A stretch of DNA of 49,766 bases from Thermoanaerobaculia bacterium (lineage in GTDB: Bacteria; Acidobacteriota; Thermoanaerobaculia; Gp7-AA8), in contig DASYSN010000048.1 in NCBI GenBank assembly GCA_036003305.1, positions 1-49,766 on the forward strand, given 5' to 3'. The notes beneath the pieces were generated by a model, which worked only from the letters and a program-made list of their open reading frames with translations, made no database searches and was not told the origin of the DNA. The position numbers and the translations under genes were made by a program. Shown one piece after another: positions 45,357-49,766 of this stretch. Each line of letters begins with the position of its first letter. Positions within the stretch are counted from its first letter, which is position 1.

Positions 45357-45605
45357 GTGGCGAGCGGTCGTGAAGGCGAGATCTTCGGCGCGACGGTGCG
45401 GCGCATTCGACTGGCCAGAGGATGGACCCAGGAAGACCTTGCGGACGCAGCCGGCCTCACCACGACCTACGTCGGCCAAGTCGAGCGCGGAGACAAGGTA
45501 CCCAGCCTGACGGTCGTGCTGAAGCTGGCGCGGGGGCTCGGGATTCCGCCGGCAGACCTGTTCGACGGCTTCCCGCCGGCGGTGCTGCGCCGGCTATCGC
45601 TGTGA
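45357..45605 (+). CDS. XRE family helix-turn-helix transcriptional regulator (82 aa, controller-protein-like size)
   Basis: FGATVRRIRLARGWTQEDLADAAGLTTTYVGQVERGDKVPSLTVVLKLARGLGI is a classic Cro/C1-type HTH. The GTG start has only 8 nt between it and the second palindrome (45348). Confidence 0.85.
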   Translation: MASGREGEIFGATVRRIRLARGWTQEDLADAAGLTTTYVGQVERGDKVPSLTVVLKLARGLGIPPADLFDGFPPAVLRRLSL

Positions 45606-45722
45606 CGATTTGAGGGGTCACCGTCGTCATCAGCGGACTCGTCGACCGATGCGCGGTTGCACCGGCGGCCTAACATGCACGTGCGACGTAACTTACAAGC
45701 GCCACGTTGCTGCCAGATAAGC

Positions 45723-46121
45723 ATGGTCGCGGGCCGCACGAACATGGTCGCGAGCCGCGCGGACACGGTCGCGAGCCGCGTGAACACGGTCGCGAGCCGC
45801 GTGAACACGGTCGCGGGCCGCACGAACATGGTCGCGAGCCGCGCGGACACGGTCGCGGGCCGCACGAACATGGTCGCGAGCCGCGCGGACACGGTCGCGA
45901 GCAACGCGACACCTGGCGCAAGTGGCGCGACACGCGTCGCGAGCGGCGCGGCAGGTGCAATCTCGCTCGCGGCACCGACAATGCCGCTCGCGGCACCGAC
46001 AATTTCGCTCGCGACAACGACAACGTCGGCCGCGGCACCGACAATCTCGCCCGCGACACCGACAATCTCGCTCGCGGCATCGACAATTTCGCGCGCGGCA
46101 CGTGTAAAACGGCGCGCGACC
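45723..46121. repeat. 21-nt-period tandem repeat array (~19 units, two subfamilies, phase maintained)
   Basis: Units 1-9 are of the type A(T/C)GGTCGCG(A/G)GCCGC(G/A)(C/T)G(G/A)AC and include two identical consecutive 42-mers at 45807-45848 and 45849-45890. Units 12-18 are of the type CCGACAAT(N)TCGCTCGCGGCA. All six frames are open across the array. Confidence 0.9.
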
Positions 46122-46137
46122 GCGTGGAATCGGGCAG

Positions 46138-48279
46138 CTACGCGTGCACGAGCGCCGTCGCCGCGAGTGCATCGAGCGGGCGCGCGAAGTAGAAGCCTTG
46201 CGCGTAGTCGACGCCGAGGATGCGCATGCGGTCGACCTGGTCCTGCGTCTCGAGGCCTTCGACGGTGACGGACATGCCGAGGCTGCGGGCGAGGGCGGAG
46301 ACCGTGCGGACGATCTCGTCGCTGCGGCGCGCGTCGGCGTCGAGCAGGAACGAGCGGTCGATCTTCAGCATGTCGAACGGGAACTGCCGCAGCGAGCTGA
46401 GTGAAGAATAGCCGGTCCCGAAGTCGTCGAGGCTCAGCCCCACGTCGATCGCACGCAGCTCGCGCAGCAGCTCGCCGGCCGCCTCGGCGTTGTCGATCAG
46501 CACCGACTCGGTGACTTCGAGATGCAGCCGTTGGGCCGCGACGCTGTGGTCCGCCAGCGCGCCGGCGATCCGGTCGATCACGTTCGGCTGCAGCAACTGC
46601 TTCGGCGAGAGGTTCACGTGCATGTCGACGCCGTTGTTCCACGACGCGAGTTGCCTTAGCGCGTCGCGGAGCACCCACTCGCCGATCGGCACGATCAGCC
46701 CCGTCTCTTCCGCGACCGGGATGATCTCCTCGGCGCCGATGAGCGTGTCGCCGCGCTGCCAGCGAACGAGCGCCTCGAACCCGGCGAGCTTCCCGGTCGC
46801 CATCTCGATGATCGGCTGATAGCAGACCCGCAGCTCCCCGCGGTCGATCGCACGCCGCAGGTCGGTCTCGAACTCCATCAGCTTCACGGCCCGCTCATGC
46901 ATCGCCGTGTCGAACACCTCGTGCCGCGCCTTGCCGCGCGCCTTCGCGCGATACATCGCGATGTCGGCGTCGCGCAGCACGTCCTCGGGGCGAGTGTGCC
47001 CGCTGCTGCTGAGCGCAATGCCGATGCTGACCGTCGTGTAGATGTCGTGCGCGCCGATCCGGAACGGCTCGGCGAGCGCGTCCTGCACGCGCTGCGCGGC
47101 GCGCACGGCGTCGGTGTCGCGGTCGATGTTCTCGATCAGCATCGCGAACTCGTCGCCGCCGAGGCGCGCGACCGTGTCGCTGGCGCGGAGCATCGTCGTG
47201 AGGCGCTGAGCCACGCCGCCGAGCAGCTCGTCGCCGAACGTGTGGCCGAGGGAGTCATTCACGACCTTGAAGCGATCGAGGTCGAGGAAGAGGACCGCGA
47301 AGAGCGCGTCGTGACGGCGGCGCATCTCCATGGCGCGCTGCAGGCGATCCATGAACAGCGCGCGGTTCGGCAAGCCGGTGAGACCGTCGTGAAACGCGTC
47401 GTGCATCAGCCGCTCGACCGCGAGCTTTCGCTCCGTGATGTCGGTCTGCGAGCCGGCGATGCGGGTGGCGATCCCATTCGCATCGCGGATCGCCAGGCCG
47501 CGCGTCAGCATCCAGCGGAAGTTGCCGTCCCACTCGCGCATCCGGTGCTCGTGCTCGAAATGCGGTGTGTCGCCGAGCAGGTGGCGGTCGATCGTGGCGC
47601 GCAGAAGCGCGATGTCGTCCGGATGAACGCGCGAGAACCAATCGTCCGGATCGTTCCCGATCTCATCTTCCGAATAGCCGAGCATCGCCTTCCATCGCGG
47701 CGAGTAGTAGACGTCGTCCTCGCGGAGGTCCCACACCCACAGCCCGTCGTTCGCGCCGCGCGCGGAGAGGGCGTAGCGCTCCTCGCTCTCCCGCAGGGCG
47801 TGCAGCGTGCGGCTCTGCTCGAGCGAGTAGCGGATCGAGCGCTCCAGCAGCGGCGCGTCGATCTGTCCTTTGACCAGGTAGTCGGCGGCGCCGGCGCGCA
47901 TGGCGAGCAGGTCGATGTCGCCGTCGCCCTGGCCGGTGAGAAGGATCAGCGGCGCGTCGATGTCCATGCTGCGCGCCTGGCGTATGAGCTCGATGCCGTC
48001 CTGCTCGCCGAGGCGGTAGTCGACGAGGATGACGTCGTGGCGCTCGTGCGCGATCGAGGTCAGCGCGTCGTCGAACGAGCCGACCCAGTCGACGACGAAC
48101 TCCGTGCGGCGGCTCTCCGAGAGGAGGTCGCGCGTGAGCACGAAGTCGTCTTCGTCGTCTTCGACGAGGAGAACTCGAATGGGTCTGCGGTCGCGGTCAG
48201 GCAATGTGTTCGGGTGGGAGCTCCACGATCTCGATCCAGTAGCGCCCGATATCCCGCATGACGGAAACGAGCCCCTCAA
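46138..48279 (-). CDS. response-regulator receiver / PAS / GGDEF / EAL protein
   Basis: The REC domain has IRVLLVEDDEDD...ILVDYRLG, followed by a PAS domain. The GGDEF domain has RLGGDEFAML and an RASD I-site 5 residues upstream. The EAL domain has EALVRW, DDFGTGYSSL and KIDRSF. The true start may be the TTG at 48204 (8-nt overlap with the upstream gene) rather than the ATG at 48279. Confidence 0.9.
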   Translation of the reverse strand: MRGSFPSCGISGATGSRSWSSHPNTLPDRDRRPIRVLLVEDDEDDFVLTRDLLSESRRTEFVVDWVGSFDDALTSIAHERHDVILVDYRLGEQDGIELIRQARSMDIDAPLILLTGQGDGDIDLLAMRAGAADYLVKGQIDAPLLERSIRYSLEQSRTLHALRESEERYALSARGANDGLWVWDLREDDVYYSPRWKAMLGYSEDEIGNDPDDWFSRVHPDDIALLRATIDRHLLGDTPHFEHEHRMREWDGNFRWMLTRGLAIRDANGIATRIAGSQTDITERKLAVERLMHDAFHDGLTGLPNRALFMDRLQRAMEMRRRHDALFAVLFLDLDRFKVVNDSLGHTFGDELLGGVAQRLTTMLRASDTVARLGGDEFAMLIENIDRDTDAVRAAQRVQDALAEPFRIGAHDIYTTVSIGIALSSSGHTRPEDVLRDADIAMYRAKARGKARHEVFDTAMHERAVKLMEFETDLRRAIDRGELRVCYQPIIEMATGKLAGFEALVRWQRGDTLIGAEEIIPVAEETGLIVPIGEWVLRDALRQLASWNNGVDMHVNLSPKQLLQPNVIDRIAGALADHSVAAQRLHLEVTESVLIDNAEAAGELLRELRAIDVGLSLDDFGTGYSSLSSLRQFPFDMLKIDRSFLLDADARRSDEIVRTVSALARSLGMSVTVEGLETQDQVDRMRILGVDYAQGFYFARPLDALAATALVHA

Positions 48280-48652
48280 ATGTAACCGGTTTCGTGATGA
48301 ATGAGTTCGCCCCGAGGTCGTAGGTCCGGTAAATGTCCTCCTCGGCCTTCGACGTGGTGAGGACGATGATCGGGATGCGGCGCAGGTCGGGATCCGCTTT
48401 GATCTCGCGCAGCGCCTCGCGGCCGTCCTTCCGCGGCATGTTCAGGTCGAGCAGGATCAGACCCGGAGGCGGCGCGGGGTCGCCCGCGTACTTGTTACGG
48501 CGATAGAGGTAGTCGAGCAGCTCGTCGCCGTCCTCGACGCAGCGCAGGTCGTTGACGACGCGGCTCTCCGCGAGCGCGTCCTTCGCCAGCATGCGGTCTT
48601 CTTCGTCATCGTCGGCCAGAAGGATGACGATCGGTTTTCCACCGTTAGGCAT
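48197..48652 (-). CDS. single-domain response regulator (CheY/Rcp1-like receiver)
   Basis: IVILLADDDEEDRML...LILLDLNMPRKDG...IIVLTTS...ANSFITKP shows the acidic pocket, the phospho-acceptor Asp, and the conserved Thr and Lys. Confidence 0.9.
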   Translation of the reverse strand: MPNGGKPIVILLADDDEEDRMLAKDALAESRVVNDLRCVEDGDELLDYLYRRNKYAGDPAPPPGLILLDLNMPRKDGREALREIKADPDLRRIPIIVLTTSKAEEDIYRTYDLGANSFITKPVTFEGLVSVMRDIGRYWIEIVELPPEHIA

Positions 48653-49766
48653 GCTCGGTCTCCTTTTCGTGGTGGTGTTCGTGGGAATGATGCACCGGCA
48701 GCGTCACCGTGAACGTCGACCCGACCCCCGGAGCGCTGTGCGCCACGATCTCACCACCGTGACGCTCGACGATTTTGCGACAAATCGCTAGTCCAATGCC
48801 CGTTCCTTCGTAAGTCCCGCGTCCATGCAGACGTTCAAACATCGTAAAAATTCGTTCCGCGTACTTTTCTTCGAACCCGATGCCGTTGTCGACGACCACG
48901 ATCTGCGCGCGGTCGCCCTCCACGCCGCCGTTCACGGTGACGAGCGGCGGCACCCCTTCGCGCCGGAACTTCAACGCGTTCGAGATCAGGTTCTGCAGGA
49001 GCTGCCGCATCTGCAGCGGATCGGCGTCGAGCGACGGCAGGTTCCCGATCTCGACGTGCGCTCCCACTTCGTGCGTTCGGATTTCGAGGTCGTGCGCCAC
49101 CTCGCGCGCGACGTGGTCGAGGTCGACCAAGACGAACGGCTGCGCCTTCGTCGTGACGCGCGAGAACGCCAGCAGGTCGTTGATGAGCACCTGCATCCGC
49201 TTCGCGGCCGACTGCATTCGCCCGATGTAGTCCTGCGCCTGCTCCGGCAACTCGGCCGCGTACTTTGCCTGCAGCCGGTCGCCGAACGCCTGGATCTTTC
49301 GCAGCGGCTCCTGGAGGTCGTGCGACGCGACGTACGCGAAGTCCTCGAGCTCGCGGTTGCTCTGCTCGAGCCGCCGGATCGCATCGTGGATTTCCGCCTC
49401 CGCCTCTTTCCGCTCGCGGATGTCGCGCGCGATGACGACGGCGCCCTGCTGCACGTCACCATCGGCCACCGGCGAGATCGAGATGCTCACCGCGACCGGC
49501 TCGTCGCTGTTCTTCTGTCGGAGCAGTCGCTCCTGATCGCGGATCGCGCTCTTCCTCGCGAGGTCTTTCAGCGTCCGCGAGATCGTCTGCTCGCTGTGTG
49601 TGACCTCGAGCGTGTCGATCGATCGCCCGAGCAGGTCAGCATCTTTGAACCCGAGGAGATGCGTCACCGCGCCGTTGACGACGCGAATGCGCGCGTCGGC
49701 ATCGATGACGAAGAGCGCGTCGGCCATCGTGTCGAGGATCTCCCGCGCCGCGCGCGCCGCCGTGAT
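48645..49766 (-). CDS. PAS-domain sensor histidine kinase (5'-truncated by window edge)
   Basis: The HisKA H-box is FAYVASHDLQEPLRKI. The HATPase_c N, G1 and G2 boxes are NLISNALKF, VVDNGIGF and GTGIGLAICRKIV, and a PAS domain lies upstream. The frame stays open to the window end (ITAARAAREILDT...). The stop overlaps the receiver start by 8 nt. Confidence 0.9.
   Translation of the reverse strand: MTAARAAREILDTMADALFVIDADARIRVVNGAVTHLLGFKDADLLGRSIDTLEVTHSEQTISRTLKDLARKSAIRDQERLLRQKNSDEPVAVSISISPVADGDVQQGAVVIARDIRERKEAEAEIHDAIRRLEQSNRELEDFAYVASHDLQEPLRKIQAFGDRLQAKYAAELPEQAQDYIGRMQSAAKRMQVLINDLLAFSRVTTKAQPFVLVDLDHVAREVAHDLEIRTHEVGAHVEIGNLPSLDADPLQMRQLLQNLISNALKFRREGVPPLVTVNGGVEGDRAQIVVVDNGIGFEEKYAERIFTMFERLHGRGTYEGTGIGLAICRKIVERHGGEIVAHSAPGVGSTFTVTLPVHHSHEHHHEKETEHA

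Noticed and set aside
19521-45690. Shared GCACGTGCG 9-mer at 19521-19529 and 45677-45685 as a common regulatory motif
   Set aside because: Two occurrences of a GC-rich 9-mer in ~50 kb of high-G+C DNA are compatible with chance.
45723-46121. CRISPR array
   Set aside because: The repeats are directly abutting 21-mers with no unique spacers, and there are no cas genes in the window.
45467-46678. 403-aa minus-strand ORF spanning the repeat array as a real gene
   Set aside because: It overlaps the 3' end of the GGDEF-EAL gene out of frame and the XRE gene antisense. It has no start codon between the GGDEF-EAL stop and the AASEIVG heptads. It is kept only as one of the frame options discussed under the repeat finding.

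Overview
This is a high-G+C bacterial chromosomal segment. It is most likely Acidobacteriota, because it carries a VWFA-related acidobacterial-type VWA protein and a TonB-dependent receptor with a carboxypeptidase-regulatory-like N-terminus. It is densely coding, and many gene pairs show ATGA/GTGA start-stop overlaps. Because of the G+C content, the six-frame track holds many long spurious ORFs, so I trimmed several track ORFs to internal starts that have signal peptides or ribosome-binding sites.

Gene content, left to right:
- A DAACS transporter, a lipoprotein and an outer-membrane barrel, preceded on the same strand by an ABC-2 exporter pair.
- A cupredoxin-like lipoprotein, a Xer-type recombinase, a GNAT, an Slt-type lytic transglycosylase, the VWA protein and mfd.
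- Two parvulin PPIases and radC, bracketed by two paralogous secreted proteins.
- ilvE, an SDR, a rhomboid protease and a methyltransferase.
- The rpsF-rpsR-DUF2232-rplI operon.
- Three tandem paralogous secreted repeat proteins of about 725 aa that belong to no family I recognise.
- A putative beta-glucan/sophoro-oligosaccharide locus: LacI, TonB-dependent receptor, GH144-like protein, binding protein, two permeases, ATPase and GH1.
- A pirin, followed by a visibly lower-G+C islet. The islet holds an XRE regulator with twin palindromic operators, a small acidic ORF and a solitary PD-(D/E)XK protein.
- A 21-nt-phased tandem repeat array of about 400 bp.
- A His-kinase / receiver / REC-PAS-GGDEF-EAL operon.

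The best candidates for something undescribed are the triplicated repeat-protein cluster (25.5-32.2 kb), the XRE/nuclease islet (44.0-45.6 kb) and the adjacent heptad-phase repeat array. No rRNA, tRNA, CRISPR array or transposase was seen. All family calls come from motif recognition by eye; no searches were run.
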